A DNA stretch of 64,000 nucleotides from an uncultured Bacilli bacterium (GTDB taxonomy: Bacteria > Bacillota_I > Bacilli_A > RFN20 > CAG-826). A program made the position numbers and the translations under genes. The DNA is taken from contig CALVUI010000001.1 in NCBI GenBank assembly GCA_944363565.1, forward strand, positions 16,818-80,817, written 5' to 3'. Positions within the stretch are counted from its first letter, which is position 1; every line of letters starts with the position of its first letter. Below the pieces are notes generated by a model, which saw nothing but the letters and a program-made list of their open reading frames with translations, ran no database searches and was not told where the DNA came from. Of this stretch, positions 1-11,413 are shown one piece after another.

Positions 1-1
1 C

Positions 2-1933
2 TTGAAGGACGCCGCCGCCAAAAGCGACGAAGTCCTTCTTGCTACCGACCCTGACCGCGAAGGGGAAGCCATTTCGTGGCACTTAGCCGAGGTCTTGGGC
101 CTCAACGAAGACAAGACCAAGCGCCTCCGCTTCCACGAGATCACCAAGCCGGCGATTCTCGAAGCCCTCGAAAATCCCTCGACCATCGACATGAACCTCG
201 TCAACAGTCAGGAGACCCGGCGGATGTACGACCGGATCATCGGCTTCAAGCTCAGCAACCTTTTGAATCGGAAGATGGGGAGTCCCTCGGCCGGGCGGGT
301 CCAATCGGTGACCCTCCGGATGATCGTCGACAACGACGCCGAGATCAAAGCCTTCAAGCCCGAGGAATACTGGACCATCACCGCCAAGATCAAGGTCGGG
401 GATGAGGTCCTCGAACTCGCCCTCGACAAGGTCGACGGCAAGACCGTCAAACTCAAGAACAAGGAAGAGGCCGAAGCGGTTTTGAATAGGATCGGGAGCA
501 CCATGAACCTCTCTTCTTTGGTGACCAAGCCTCGGACCGTGGCCTCGGGCCTGCCTTTCACGACCTCGACCATGCAGCAGGAAGCCTTCAACCGTTTCCG
601 CTTCTCGACCAGCAAGACGCAACGGATCGCCCAACGGCTCTACGAAGGCCTCGACATCGGGGGCGACCACGTCGGTCTCATCACCTACATGAGAACCGAC
701 TCGGCCCGCATTTCCCCCGAGTGGTTCAACAAGCACGCCAAACCCTTCATCCTCGAGACCTTCGGGCCCGATTACCTCGGTGCCCCCAAGGCCGCCAAGA
801 AGGGGAACAACGCCCAGGAGGCCCACGAAGCCATTAGGCCGACCGGGACCCACCGGACCCCCGATCTCGTCGCCAAGTACGTCAGCGAAGACGAGGCCAA
901 ACTCTACCGCCTCATATACGACCGGGCCATGGCCTCGGTGATGGCCCCCAAGAAAGTCGAATCGACGACCGCCCTCTTTACGACCGGCGGCTTGACCTTC
1001 AAGGCCACCGGATCGGTGACGATCTTCAAGGGATATGAAGCGATATATGGCGAATTTGCGGAGAAAGACGAAAAAGAACTCCCGCGCTTGAATGAGGGTC
1101 AGGACTACGAAACCGCCAGCAAGGACGGGGAGCAGAAGTTCACCCAACCCCCGGCCCGCTATAGCGAAGCCAAGGTCGTCAAGCTGATGGAAGAAAAGGG
1201 GATCGGCCGTCCGTCGACCTACGCCTCCACCATCGATGTTTTGATCAAGCGGGGCTATGTCACCAGCAAAGGTGGCATCCTCACCCCGACCGAAACCGGG
1301 ATCAGGACTACCCAGGTCTTGGAAAAGTATTTCCCGGAAATCGTCTCCGACAAATATACGGCCGACATGGAGTCGACCTTGGACGAGATCGAGGAAGGGA
1401 AGGAGACCAAGCTCAAGGCCATGAAGGACTTCTATTTCCCCTTCATCAAGAAGTTCGACGAGGTCTCCAGCGTCATGTACAAGGATCCGCCGGTCGAAAC
1501 CGGGGAGATGTGCCCGATGTGCGGCTCGCCCCTCATCATCAGAAAGGGACCCTATGGGACCTTCACGGCCTGCTCAAACTACCCCAAGTGTCGTTACATC
1601 AAGAAGGAAGAGAAGGAAAAGCCGGTCGAGACCGGGGAGATGTGCCCCGAATGTGGGAAACCTTTGGTTTACCGTAAGGACAAGAAGGGCCAAACCTTCG
1701 TGGCCTGTTCCGGCTTCCCGAAGTGCCGTTACATCAAGGGCAATGAAAATGCCCAAAAGAAAGAAAAGAAAACCTACACCGAGGCCGATTACGTCAAACC
1801 CTGCCCCAACTGCAAAGACGGCCACCTCGTCGTCAAGCAGGGCAAGAAGGTGAAGTTCCTCGGCTGCACCAATTTCCCGAAGTGCCGTTACCATGAGTGG
1901 CTCCCCAAGGAAGACGAAGGACATAACGGTTGA
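2..1933 (+). CDS. topA: DNA topoisomerase I (type IA), 5' end outside window
   Basis: ATDPDREGEAI Toprim motif, SAGRVQS, LITYMRTD active-site Tyr, AHEAIRPT, three C-terminal Cys4 zinc ribbons. Confidence 0.97.
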   Translation: MKDAAAKSDEVLLATDPDREGEAISWHLAEVLGLNEDKTKRLRFHEITKPAILEALENPSTIDMNLVNSQETRRMYDRIIGFKLSNLLNRKMGSPSAGRVQSVTLRMIVDNDAEIKAFKPEEYWTITAKIKVGDEVLELALDKVDGKTVKLKNKEEAEAVLNRIGSTMNLSSLVTKPRTVASGLPFTTSTMQQEAFNRFRFSTSKTQRIAQRLYEGLDIGGDHVGLITYMRTDSARISPEWFNKHAKPFILETFGPDYLGAPKAAKKGNNAQEAHEAIRPTGTHRTPDLVAKYVSEDEAKLYRLIYDRAMASVMAPKKVESTTALFTTGGLTFKATGSVTIFKGYEAIYGEFAEKDEKELPRLNEGQDYETASKDGEQKFTQPPARYSEAKVVKLMEEKGIGRPSTYASTIDVLIKRGYVTSKGGILTPTETGIRTTQVLEKYFPEIVSDKYTADMESTLDEIEEGKETKLKAMKDFYFPFIKKFDEVSSVMYKDPPVETGEMCPMCGSPLIIRKGPYGTFTACSNYPKCRYIKKEEKEKPVETGEMCPECGKPLVYRKDKKGQTFVACSGFPKCRYIKGNENAQKKEKKTYTEADYVKPCPNCKDGHLVVKQGKKVKFLGCTNFPKCRYHEWLPKEDEGHNG

Positions 1934-3200
1934 TGTCATCGGTGGGGGCCTAGCCGGAAGCGAGGCCGCCTACTACCTTTTGAAGCGCGGCTACCATGTC
2001 CGGCTTTACGAAAGGCGCCCGAAGTATGACGACCACGCCCACGAGACCGGCCTCTATGGGGAACTGGTCTGTTCCAATTCCCTCAAGGGCAAGGCCGTGG
2101 AAAACGCTTGCGGTCTTTTGAAGGAAGAAATCCGGGCCCTCGGCTCTATCATCATGGAGGCTTCGAGCCAAAGCGAAGTCCCGGCCGGCAATGCCCTGGC
2201 CGTCGATCGGACGGCCTTCGCCACCTATATTACCGACAAGCTTCGTTCTTTCGATAATTTTGAAGAAATCCCCTCAGAAGTGGCTTCTTTTAACGAAAAT
2301 CCTACCATTTTGGCCACCGGTCCCCTGACCGACGGACCCTTGTTGGAGGCCATTTCGGGCCTCACCGGATCCCATGGTTTTTCGTTTTACGATGCCTCCG
2401 CGCCGATTGTGAAAAAGAGTTCCGTCGATTTCTCGGTCGCCTATTTCAAGTCCCGTTATGGGCAAGGGGACGAAAGCTATATCAACTGTCCCTTCCACAA
2501 CAAGCAGGACTACCTGAACTTCGTCGATGAACTGGTGAATGCCAAGAAGGCCCTGCTCCACGAGGAGTCGTCTTATTTCGAAGGTTGTCTTCCGATCGAA
2601 GTCCTGGCTTCCAGGGGCAAAGATACCTTGAGGCACGGGCCTTTGAAGCCGATGGGCCTCGAGCAAGAAGGGATCAGGCGGCCCTACGCCGTCGTCCAAC
2701 TTAGACAGGATGACTTATTGGGGGAGTGCTACAACATCGTCGGCTTCCAGACCAACCTGACCTACGGGGAACAGAAGCGGGTCTTTTCGATGATCCCGGG
2801 ACTGGGCAAGGCCGAGTTCGTCCGTTACGGCTTGATGCACCGGAACTTCTTCCTCGATTCCCCCCGGGTCCTCAATCAGGACTTTTCCTTCAAGAACAAG
2901 GATAACGTCTTCGTGGCCGGCCAGATGAGCGGGGTCGAGGGCTATGTCGAATCGGCAGCATCGGGTCTGGCCTCCGCGATTTACCTCGACCGGCGCCTGA
3001 GGGGCCTGGACTTCGTCCCTTTCCCCACCGACACGATGCTCGGGGCGTTGCTGCGTTATGTCACTTGCTTCCCGGGGCCGCGCCTTGAGCCGATGAACGC
3101 CAACTGGGCCCTTCTACCGGGAACTACCAAGGACAAGCGGAAGGAAGTAGCCGAACATAGCCTAATGGAAATCAGGAAGTACCATGAACAGCTATCCTGA
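1893..3200 (+). CDS. trmFO: FADH2-oxidizing tRNA (uracil-5)-methyltransferase TrmFO
   Basis: VIGGGLAGSEAA, ELVCSNS, YFEGCLPIE, GQMSGVEGYVESAASG; canonical position after topA. Confidence 0.96.
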   Translation: MSGSPRKTKDITVDVIGGGLAGSEAAYYLLKRGYHVRLYERRPKYDDHAHETGLYGELVCSNSLKGKAVENACGLLKEEIRALGSIIMEASSQSEVPAGNALAVDRTAFATYITDKLRSFDNFEEIPSEVASFNENPTILATGPLTDGPLLEAISGLTGSHGFSFYDASAPIVKKSSVDFSVAYFKSRYGQGDESYINCPFHNKQDYLNFVDELVNAKKALLHEESSYFEGCLPIEVLASRGKDTLRHGPLKPMGLEQEGIRRPYAVVQLRQDDLLGECYNIVGFQTNLTYGEQKRVFSMIPGLGKAEFVRYGLMHRNFFLDSPRVLNQDFSFKNKDNVFVAGQMSGVEGYVESAASGLASAIYLDRRLRGLDFVPFPTDTMLGALLRYVTCFPGPRLEPMNANWALLPGTTKDKRKEVAEHSLMEIRKYHEQLS

Positions 3201-4110
3201 TCCCCATTTCCAAGGCTTCCTCGATTATCTGACCTTCGAAAGGCGTTATTCCCAAGCCACCGTTGAAAACTACGGCCGCGACATCGTGGCCTTTTTGCGT
3301 TACGAGAGCCGACAGGGGAAGGACTATCTGAAGGCCGACCGCCAGGAGATCAGGGAACATCTTTCCGCCCTTTTGACCAAGGGCCTCAGCAAGAGATCGC
3401 TTTCCCGCCATATCTCGGCCCTCCGTGATTTCTATGGTTATCTCAAGAAACAAGGGGTAGTGATGGAAGACCCCTTAGACCTAGTCAAGGCTCCACCTTC
3501 CGGGAGCACCTTGCCTGATGTCTTGACCCCCAAGCAGGTTGATGAATTGTTCAGCGCGGTCGAAAGGGGCGGTGAGCCCTTGGCCCTTAGGGACGTCGCC
3601 ATTTTGGAGGTCCTTTATTGCTCTGGCATCAGGGCCAGCGAGCTGGTAGCCCTGACCCTCAGGAGTCCCAATTTCTCGACCATGACCATGCGTTTGATCG
3701 GGAAGGGGAACAAGGAAAGGATCGTTCCATTGAGCCAGCATGCGAAGGCCGCTATCGAAGCATATCTTGGCTTTTTGCGGCCGAAATTGCTTTCTAGGTC
3801 TGAGAAAAAGACGGAAATCCTCTTTCTCAATTCCAAGGGGGAACCGCTGACCGTTCGAGGGCTTCAATACATTTTGAAACACATCGATGAGAAGTACGCC
3901 CTGCGGCTCGGACTCCATCCCCACGAGATCCGCCATAGCTTTGCCACCCATCTCTTCGAGCAGGGGGCCGACCTCCGTCTCATCCAAGAACTTCTGGGCC
4001 ATGAATCCCTCAATACGACCCAGGTCTATACCCACCTCTCGAACAAGGCGATGAGGGAGCAGTATTTGGCCCATTTCCCAAGAGCTAAGAAGAAAGAAGA
4101 ACCCAAATAG
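3184..4110 (+). CDS. xerC: Tyrosine recombinase XerC/CodV-like
   Basis: LYCSGIRASEL, GKGNKER, HPHEIRHSFATHL, LLGHESLNTTQVYTH; topA-trmFO-xerC synteny. Confidence 0.9.
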   Translation: MNSYPDPHFQGFLDYLTFERRYSQATVENYGRDIVAFLRYESRQGKDYLKADRQEIREHLSALLTKGLSKRSLSRHISALRDFYGYLKKQGVVMEDPLDLVKAPPSGSTLPDVLTPKQVDELFSAVERGGEPLALRDVAILEVLYCSGIRASELVALTLRSPNFSTMTMRLIGKGNKERIVPLSQHAKAAIEAYLGFLRPKLLSRSEKKTEILFLNSKGEPLTVRGLQYILKHIDEKYALRLGLHPHEIRHSFATHLFEQGADLRLIQELLGHESLNTTQVYTHLSNKAMREQYLAHFPRAKKKEEPK

Positions 4111-4172
4111 CGATTTTCCTTCCTAAAGGAAGAGCATTGTGGTATCCTCCATCCCGGCCTTTTCAAAAGGCT

Positions 4173-4265
4173 AATACGCACCCCATGGATTCAGCGCCGT
4201 GTTCTCCGCCGGGCGAAGCAGCTTAAAAAGCGGCGGAGTGGTCGGCTGTTCGAAGTGGGGGAGGC
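4173..4265 (+). promoter_or_regulatory. Probable rpsB (S2) leader RNA
   Basis: Structured 5' leader (ACGCACCCCA...GTGGGGGAGG outer pairing, CTCCGCC/GGCGGAG inner stem) between an extended -10 (TGgTATCCT ~4140-4148) and the rpsB SD. Confidence 0.6.
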
Positions 4266-4287
4266 TCAAACAAATGGAGGTCACCAA

Positions 4288-5318
<1,031 letters not shown>

Positions 5319-5319
<1 letters not shown>

Positions 5320-6167
5320 TGGCCGACAAGAATTTCATCGAACTCCTCAAGACCCTCCGTGATCGGACCGGGGCGGGGATGATGGACTGCAAACGGGCCC
5401 TCCTCGACGCCGAAAACGACATCGAGAAGGCCATCGACATCCTGAGGCAGAAGGGCATCGTCAAGGCCGCCAGCAAGGCCGGCCGCGTTGCCGCCGAAGG
5501 CCTCACCAACGTCAAGATCTGCGAGAAGTGCGGCTCGGCCGTCATCCTCGAGGTCAACTGCGAGACCGACTTCGTCTCGGCCAGCGACAAGTTCCACGAA
5601 CTCGTCTCCAAGGTGACCGATACCATCCTCGAGAAGAAGCCGGCCACCCTCGAAGAAGCCCGCGAATTGACCGCCCCCTTCTTTGCCGATGCCACCATCG
5701 CCATGGGCGAGAAGATGGAGCTCCGCCGCTTCGAGATTCTGAAGCTTGGCGAAGGCCAGGCCTTTGGGTCCTACATCCATATGGGTGGGAAGATCTCGGT
5801 TCTTGCCCTCCTCAGCAAGCCGACCGAACTGGCGAAGCCCCTTTGCATGAGCATCGCCGCCAATAGCCCGAGCTACTGCAAGCTCGAGGACATCCCGAAT
5901 AGCGTCCGCGAACGGGAAACCTCGGTCGCTTCCGAAGAAGTCAAGAACGATCCGAAACTGGCCAACAAGCCGGATGCCGTCAAGGCCCAGATCGTCGAGC
6001 GGAAGGTCGACAAGGTCCTCTCCCAGAACTGCCTCTATCTCCAGAAGTACGTCATGGATGAATCCGTGGTCGTCGGAGACCTCCTCAAGAAGGAAGGCCT
6101 CGACGTCGTCCGCTTCGTTCGTTACCAAGTCGGTGAAGGCGTCGAAAAACCGGCCTGCTGCGAATAA
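5319..6167 (+). CDS. tsf: Translation elongation factor Ts
   Basis: LRDRTGAGMMDCKRAL, EVNCETDFV, RFVRYQVGEG; TAATG overlap with rpsB. Confidence 0.98.
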
Positions 6168-6176
6168 ATCGCCATT

Positions 6177-6206
6177 AAGGGGAGGGGTAGAACCCCTCCC
6201 TTTTTT
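6177..6206 (+). terminator. Intrinsic terminator after rpsB-tsf
   Basis: GGGAGGGG-tagaa-CCCCTCCC followed by T6. Confidence 0.85.
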
Positions 6207-6235
6207 CATGACAGCATTTTGTTTACAATTAGCCC

Positions 6236-7168
6236 ATGCGCGCCAAGATCGTCAATTTCCTCAAAACCAATTGGCCCTTGCTGCTCGTTCTTTTCCTTGT
6301 CTATCTCGTTGCCACCGTTCTTTTCGTCTACGGCCACTTCAATGACCGGACCGTGGCCCTCGATGCCTACGATCCGACTTCGATCGTGGCTCGCTTAGTG
6401 GCCGGTTATGGCCCTATCCCCCTCTTTCTTACGATGATGGTCTTAGGGGTCATCGCCATCGTTATCGATTCCCGTCATAAGCTCTGGCTCACGATCCTCA
6501 AATGGTTGATCGGGGTCGTCCTCATCGGAGCCGGGCTATATTTCATGGTCTTCAAGGCCGTCGAGTATCGTTCTGGTTACCCTTTGGCCGCCACCTTGGT
6601 AGTGGGACTCCTAGTGACCCTTCTCACCGTGGCCGGAGCCTACTGGTTCGTCCGTAACATTTCCTCGTCGCTTCTACTGAAGGCGGCGATCGTGATCGCG
6701 GCCATCGCGATCCTGGAATACGGGATCGGGGAGATCGTCAAACCCCTTTGGTCGCGGCCCCGTCCCTATCTTCTTTTCGAAGTAAAGGACCTCGATCCCT
6801 TCCTTCCCTGGTTTATGCCGGGGGCCGGAAAGGACATCAAGGCCTTGATTGATCCCATGACTTTATTCGATCCCGCGGAGTTCTCTGACTACTTCAAATC
6901 CTTCCCCAGCGGCCACACTTCCCACTCCTTGCTTTTGCTTTCCACTTCGACCATCCTTCTTTCCCTCAAACCCAAGAGCCGGAAGTACGTCTTCGTCGCC
7001 GCCATCGTCGGGGCCCTCTTCGGCTTCTTCGTCGCCTATGGGCGCATCCTTATCGGGGCCCATTACCTGACCGACACGATGGCGGGCTTCAGCCTCACCT
7101 TCCTTCTTTATCTATTTATCGGCCTCCCGTTCGTCCTAAAGTTGTCGGGGACCGCCGAAAATAGTTAA
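6236..7168 (+). CDS. PAP2-family membrane phosphatase
   Basis: KPLWSRPRP, SFPSGH, RILIGAHYLTD motifs; multiple TM helices. Confidence 0.9.
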   Translation: MRAKIVNFLKTNWPLLLVLFLVYLVATVLFVYGHFNDRTVALDAYDPTSIVARLVAGYGPIPLFLTMMVLGVIAIVIDSRHKLWLTILKWLIGVVLIGAGLYFMVFKAVEYRSGYPLAATLVVGLLVTLLTVAGAYWFVRNISSSLLLKAAIVIAAIAILEYGIGEIVKPLWSRPRPYLLFEVKDLDPFLPWFMPGAGKDIKALIDPMTLFDPAEFSDYFKSFPSGHTSHSLLLLSTSTILLSLKPKSRKYVFVAAIVGALFGFFVAYGRILIGAHYLTDTMAGFSLTFLLYLFIGLPFVLKLSGTAENS

Positions 7169-7193
7169 AACGTTATCGCTTAGTAGCTAGAAT

Positions 7194-7925
7194 ATGGGGA
7201 ACATGGAACCGCTGTACAAAAGAGTCGTGGTCAAGGTCTCGGGGGAAGCCCTGGCCGATAGCCGTGACAAGACCATCCTCGACCAAAGGAAGATCGAGGA
7301 AACGGCCACTGCCATCAAGCAGGTGGCCGACATGGGCGTCCAAGTGGCGGTCGTGGTCGGGGCCGGCAACATTTGGCGCGGCCGCTTGGCCGACAAGATC
7401 GGCATCGACCGCTCGACCGGCGACTACATGGGGATGCTCGGGACCATCATCAATGCCTTGGCTCTCCAGAATGCCTTTGAGAAGAAGGGCCTACCGACCC
7501 GGGTCATGAGTTCCATCAACGTCCCCCAGGTCTGCGAACCCTATATCAGACGCAAGGCCATCTCCCATCTAGAGAGCGGCCACGTCGTCATCTTCGCCGG
7601 CGGGACCGGGAATCCCTATTTCACGACCGATACGACGGCCAGCCTCAGGGCCCTCGAAATCGGGGCCGATTCGATCCTGATGGCCAAAAACGGGATCGAC
7701 GGGGTTTACGACAAAGATCCGAACCGTTATGACGACGCCGTCTTATTGACCCACCTTTCCTACCGCGAGGTCCTGGAAAGGAAGCTGGAGGTCATGGATC
7801 TGACGGCGGTCGCGATGCTAGAAACCAGCGACATCGTCATTCGGGTATTCGGCATGGAGGATGCTTCCTGCATCTCCAAGGCCATTAGGGGAGAAATCGG
7901 TGGCACGACCATCGGAAAGGAGTAA
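7194..7925 (+). CDS. pyrH: UMP kinase (start may be ATG 7203)
   Basis: KVSGEAL, GAGNIWRG, DYMGMLGT, GNPYFTTDT. Confidence 0.97.
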   Translation: MGNMEPLYKRVVVKVSGEALADSRDKTILDQRKIEETATAIKQVADMGVQVAVVVGAGNIWRGRLADKIGIDRSTGDYMGMLGTIINALALQNAFEKKGLPTRVMSSINVPQVCEPYIRRKAISHLESGHVVIFAGGTGNPYFTTDTTASLRALEIGADSILMAKNGIDGVYDKDPNRYDDAVLLTHLSYREVLERKLEVMDLTAVAMLETSDIVIRVFGMEDASCISKAIRGEIGGTTIGKE

Positions 7926-7930
7926 GGACC

Positions 7931-8476
7931 ATGGATCCGATTTTGAATGAAGCCGAAGGGAAGATGGAGAAATCCATCGGGGCCTTCAAAGAACATCTGG
8001 GACGCCTGAGGAGCGGGCGCGCCAACCCGGCGATGCTTAACGGCATCCTCTGCGATTATTACGGGGACAAGATGGACATATTGAGCCTCAGCAGCGTCTC
8101 GATGCCCGAACCCCGCCAGCTTTTGGTCAAGCCCTATAGCCGGGAGGACGTCAAGACCATCGGGGCGGCGATTGCCTCGGCCAATCTAGGGATCAACCCC
8201 CAGATCGAAGCCGACTGCATCCGTCTCATCGTTCCGCCGCTGACCGAAGATCTCCGCAAATCCATCGCCAAAGAAGCGAAATCGCTGGCTGAGGATGCGA
8301 AGGTTTCGATCAGGAACATCCGCCGGGACTACATGGATCTCCTCAAGGAAGATGACACCATGAGCGATGACTACCGCGACCGGGTCAAGGCCGATTTGGA
8401 AAAGTCGACCTCTAACTTCCTGACCAAGATCGATGGCATTTTGGCCGAAAAGACCAAGGAAATCATGACCATTTAA
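7931..8476 (+). CDS. frr: Ribosome recycling factor
   Basis: LRSGRANP, PPLTEDLRK, KVSIRNIRRD; synteny. Confidence 0.97.
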   Translation: MDPILNEAEGKMEKSIGAFKEHLGRLRSGRANPAMLNGILCDYYGDKMDILSLSSVSMPEPRQLLVKPYSREDVKTIGAAIASANLGINPQIEADCIRLIVPPLTEDLRKSIAKEAKSLAEDAKVSIRNIRRDYMDLLKEDDTMSDDYRDRVKADLEKSTSNFLTKIDGILAEKTKEIMTI

Positions 8477-8477
8477 G

Positions 8478-9203
8478 ATGGCCGAATTCCAGCTTCGCAA
8501 AATACCCGCCCACGTGGCTTTCATCATGGACGGCAACGGCCGCTGGGCCAAAGCCCGGGGCTTAGCCCGTCATTTCGGGCACAAGGAAGCCTGCCTACGG
8601 CTACGGGAGATTTTCGATACCTGTCTGGAATACGGCATCTCTTATTCTTCCTACTACGCCTTCTCGACCGAGAATTGGGATCGGCCCCAAGAGGAAATCG
8701 ATCATCTGATGGATTACCTCGAGGAGTTCTTCGAACGCGATCTTCCCTACATCAAAAGCAAAGGCGGTCGCATCGTCATCTCCGGTGACCTAGGCAGAAT
8801 CCGGGAAAAAACCCGCAAAACCTGCTTCGAAGCCATGGATTCGACGAAGGACAATTCGACCCACACCATGAACATCTGCCTCAATTACGGGGGCAGGGAC
8901 GAGATCGTGAGGGCCGCCAAGGCCTTTGTTAGAGACGTGGAAGAGGGGAAGGTCGCCATTGATGACCTCACCGACGAGACCTTCAAGAACTACCTTTGGA
9001 ACCCAGCGCTGCCCGATGTTGATTTGATGATCAGGACCTCGGGGGAAGTGCGCCTTAGCAACTTCATGCTCTACCGCTTGGCCTATGCCGAGCTGGTCTT
9101 CGTCGAGGTCAAATGGCCGGATTTCAGAAGGCCCCAGTTCATCGAATGCTTGAAGGAATTCCAGAAGCGGGGCCGCCGGTTCGGAGGTTTGGAAAATGAA
9201 TAA
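8478..9203 (+). CDS. uppS: Isoprenyl (undecaprenyl) diphosphate synthase
   Basis: HVAFIMDGNGRWA, AFSTENW, IRTSGEVRLSNF. Confidence 0.96.
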   Translation: MAEFQLRKIPAHVAFIMDGNGRWAKARGLARHFGHKEACLRLREIFDTCLEYGISYSSYYAFSTENWDRPQEEIDHLMDYLEEFFERDLPYIKSKGGRIVISGDLGRIREKTRKTCFEAMDSTKDNSTHTMNICLNYGGRDEIVRAAKAFVRDVEEGKVAIDDLTDETFKNYLWNPALPDVDLMIRTSGEVRLSNFMLYRLAYAELVFVEVKWPDFRRPQFIECLKEFQKRGRRFGGLENE

Positions 9204-10254
9204 ACTCGAACCCCGGAAGATGGACGAAAAAGCCAAGGTCTCCCTGAAATCGAGGGCCATCGTGGCCGCCGTCTTGATCGCCCTCTTGGTCCCGACCATC
9301 GTCTTCGGCAGTTATTTGATGCTGGCGGTCATCACCGTCTTCTTGCTGATCGCCGTCCACGAAGTGGTGCGGGCCCCGGGCAAGAAGTTCCACCCCTGGG
9401 TTTACATTCTGACCTTCCTCTTCACCCTCTTGGTCTATGGTTGGTTTTTGATCAAGTCCAACGTCCAGGAAGCCATTCTCTTGCCTCCGGGGCAAGGCTT
9501 TGAGTTTTCCTTGGAGAGGTATTTTTCGACCCTCAACATTTCTCTTTTCGCCGTCTGTGCGATGGTCGGCCTCTTCTTCCTCGGGGCCATCTTGGACAAG
9601 GATTTCTCCCTCGGTGACCTGACCTACATGGTGGTCATGATCCTGATGCTCGGGATCGGTTTCCAAGCCGTTTTGTTCATTCGTTATTACCCCTTCTACC
9701 TCTTTACCTTCGATGAGGCCTTCTCGGGCCAAACCCTGATCCTTGCTACCGTCGGGAAGGATCTTGGGAGCAATCCCGGCTTTGCCTATGGGGTCTCCTC
9801 GGAACTCTTCTTCTTCGTGGCCGCTGGTGTGGTCCTCAACGATACCTTCGCCTACTTCGTCGGTTCGGCTTTCGGGCGCCACCCCCTCAACAAACGGGTC
9901 TCGCCCCGCAAGAGCGTCGAAGGTTTGGTCGGCGGTTGGGTCGTCTCTTTCGTCCTGATGGCGGCCTTTGGTTTGGCCCTCGCTGGCACCGGCTATCCGA
10001 TGCTTCCGACCCTTGATATCGAGCATTGGTATTGGATTTTGCTATTGGCCTTCATGATCCCGGCCTTCTCGGACCTCGGTGACCTGAGCTTCTCCCTCAT
10101 CAAACGTTACTTCAATGTCAAGGATTACGGGGTCATCTTCAGAGCCCACGGCGGGGTCCTCGACCGGGCCGATTCGGTGATCTTCGCCTTCATCGGGACC
10201 GCCATCTTCCTAGTCCTCATTTCCGGCAACTGGAACGTCTTCCTGATGGCATGA
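9196..10254 (+). CDS. cdsA: Phosphatidate cytidylyltransferase
   Basis: DTFAYFVG, SPRKSVEG, GDLSFSLIKR, KDYG, HGGVLDRADS. Confidence 0.95.
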   Translation: MNKLEPRKMDEKAKVSLKSRAIVAAVLIALLVPTIVFGSYLMLAVITVFLLIAVHEVVRAPGKKFHPWVYILTFLFTLLVYGWFLIKSNVQEAILLPPGQGFEFSLERYFSTLNISLFAVCAMVGLFFLGAILDKDFSLGDLTYMVVMILMLGIGFQAVLFIRYYPFYLFTFDEAFSGQTLILATVGKDLGSNPGFAYGVSSELFFFVAAGVVLNDTFAYFVGSAFGRHPLNKRVSPRKSVEGLVGGWVVSFVLMAAFGLALAGTGYPMLPTLDIEHWYWILLLAFMIPAFSDLGDLSFSLIKRYFNVKDYGVIFRAHGGVLDRADSVIFAFIGTAIFLVLISGNWNVFLMA

Positions 10255-11399
10255 AGAAACTCTTGCTTTTAGGGGCCAGCGGGTCGATCGGAACCCAGTG
10301 CCTAGACCCCATCCGTGATTCCAAGGAATATGAATTGACCGCTTTGGCTTTTGGCCATCGAAATGAGATGATCGACCCACTTTTGCGTGAATTTCCTAGT
10401 GTCACCCATATTTCCCTCCTCGATACGAAAGCAGCGGCTTCTCTTAAAAAGAAGTTTCCGAAGATCCGTTTTTTCCATGGGGAAAACGGAGCCTATGCCT
10501 TGAGTAAGAAAGCCGATTACGATACGGCCGTCAACGCCATCGTCGGCTTTGCCGGCCTAAAGCCGACCCTCGGGGTCCTTAGAAGAGGCAAGGTCCTCCT
10601 CTTGGCCAACAAGGAATCCCTGGTCGTGGGTGGCCGTCTCGTCGATTCCTATTTGGAGAAATACGGAGGCCGCATTTACCCCATCGATAGCGAACACGCC
10701 GCCATCGCCAAGTGCCTCTCCTTGGTCAAACCGGAAGAAGTCGAGGAAGTCATCCTCACCGCTTCCGGGGGACCCTTCAGGAGCCTTTCCCGTGAGGAGC
10801 TTGATGGTGTCACGGTCGAGATGGCCTTGGCCCATCCGACCTGGAAGATGGGGAAGAAGATCACCATCGATTCCGCCACCCTCACCAACAAAGCCTTCGA
10901 GATCATCGAAGCCTGCTATCTCTTCCATCTTCCACCCGAGAAGATCCATGTCCTCATCCATCCCGAGTCCTTGGTCCATTCGGGCCTCAAGCTGAAGGAC
11001 GGTTCCTATATTCTTGACTATGGGAAGCCCGACATGCACGGGCCCATCGCCTATGCCCTTTCCCTTGGAAAGAAGATCGAGGGGACCAAAAGGGTCGACA
11101 GTCTTGATGAACTAGAAGGCTGCCACTTCTACGAAGCCGATGAAAAACGCTTCCCGATGCTCGCCCTCGGCAAAAAAGTCTATGAACTCGGGGGAACGGC
11201 CGGGGCCCTCATGAACGGAGCCAACGAAATGGGGGTCAATCTCTTCCTGGCAGGAAAGATTGCCTTCCCCTGTATCGAGAAGGGGACGGAGGCCGTGATT
11301 TCCCTTTATCGGAAGGGCAATCCCTCTTATCATTTCCTAGCGAAAGCCAACCATAGGGCCGGGAAGACCGTCTTAAGGCGCTTCGTTTCTTCTAAGTAG
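10251..11399 (+). CDS. dxr: 1-deoxy-D-xylulose-5-phosphate reductoisomerase
   Basis: LGASGSIGTQ, LANKESLV, PIDSEH, HPTWKMGKKITIDSAT. Confidence 0.96.
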   Translation: MKKLLLLGASGSIGTQCLDPIRDSKEYELTALAFGHRNEMIDPLLREFPSVTHISLLDTKAAASLKKKFPKIRFFHGENGAYALSKKADYDTAVNAIVGFAGLKPTLGVLRRGKVLLLANKESLVVGGRLVDSYLEKYGGRIYPIDSEHAAIAKCLSLVKPEEVEEVILTASGGPFRSLSREELDGVTVEMALAHPTWKMGKKITIDSATLTNKAFEIIEACYLFHLPPEKIHVLIHPESLVHSGLKLKDGSYILDYGKPDMHGPIAYALSLGKKIEGTKRVDSLDELEGCHFYEADEKRFPMLALGKKVYELGGTAGALMNGANEMGVNLFLAGKIAFPCIEKGTEAVISLYRKGNPSYHFLAKANHRAGKTVLRRFVSSK

Positions 11400-11413
11400 A
11401 GGCAATAGCAACC

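Noticed and set aside
1489-1650. Near-identical DNA repeat CCGGTCGAxACCGGGGAGATGTGCCC in topA
   Set aside because: Explained by tandem zinc-ribbon domains of TopA
3184-4110. Tyrosine recombinase as a possible mobile-element integrase
   Set aside because: Sits in the conserved topA-trmFO-xerC housekeeping context
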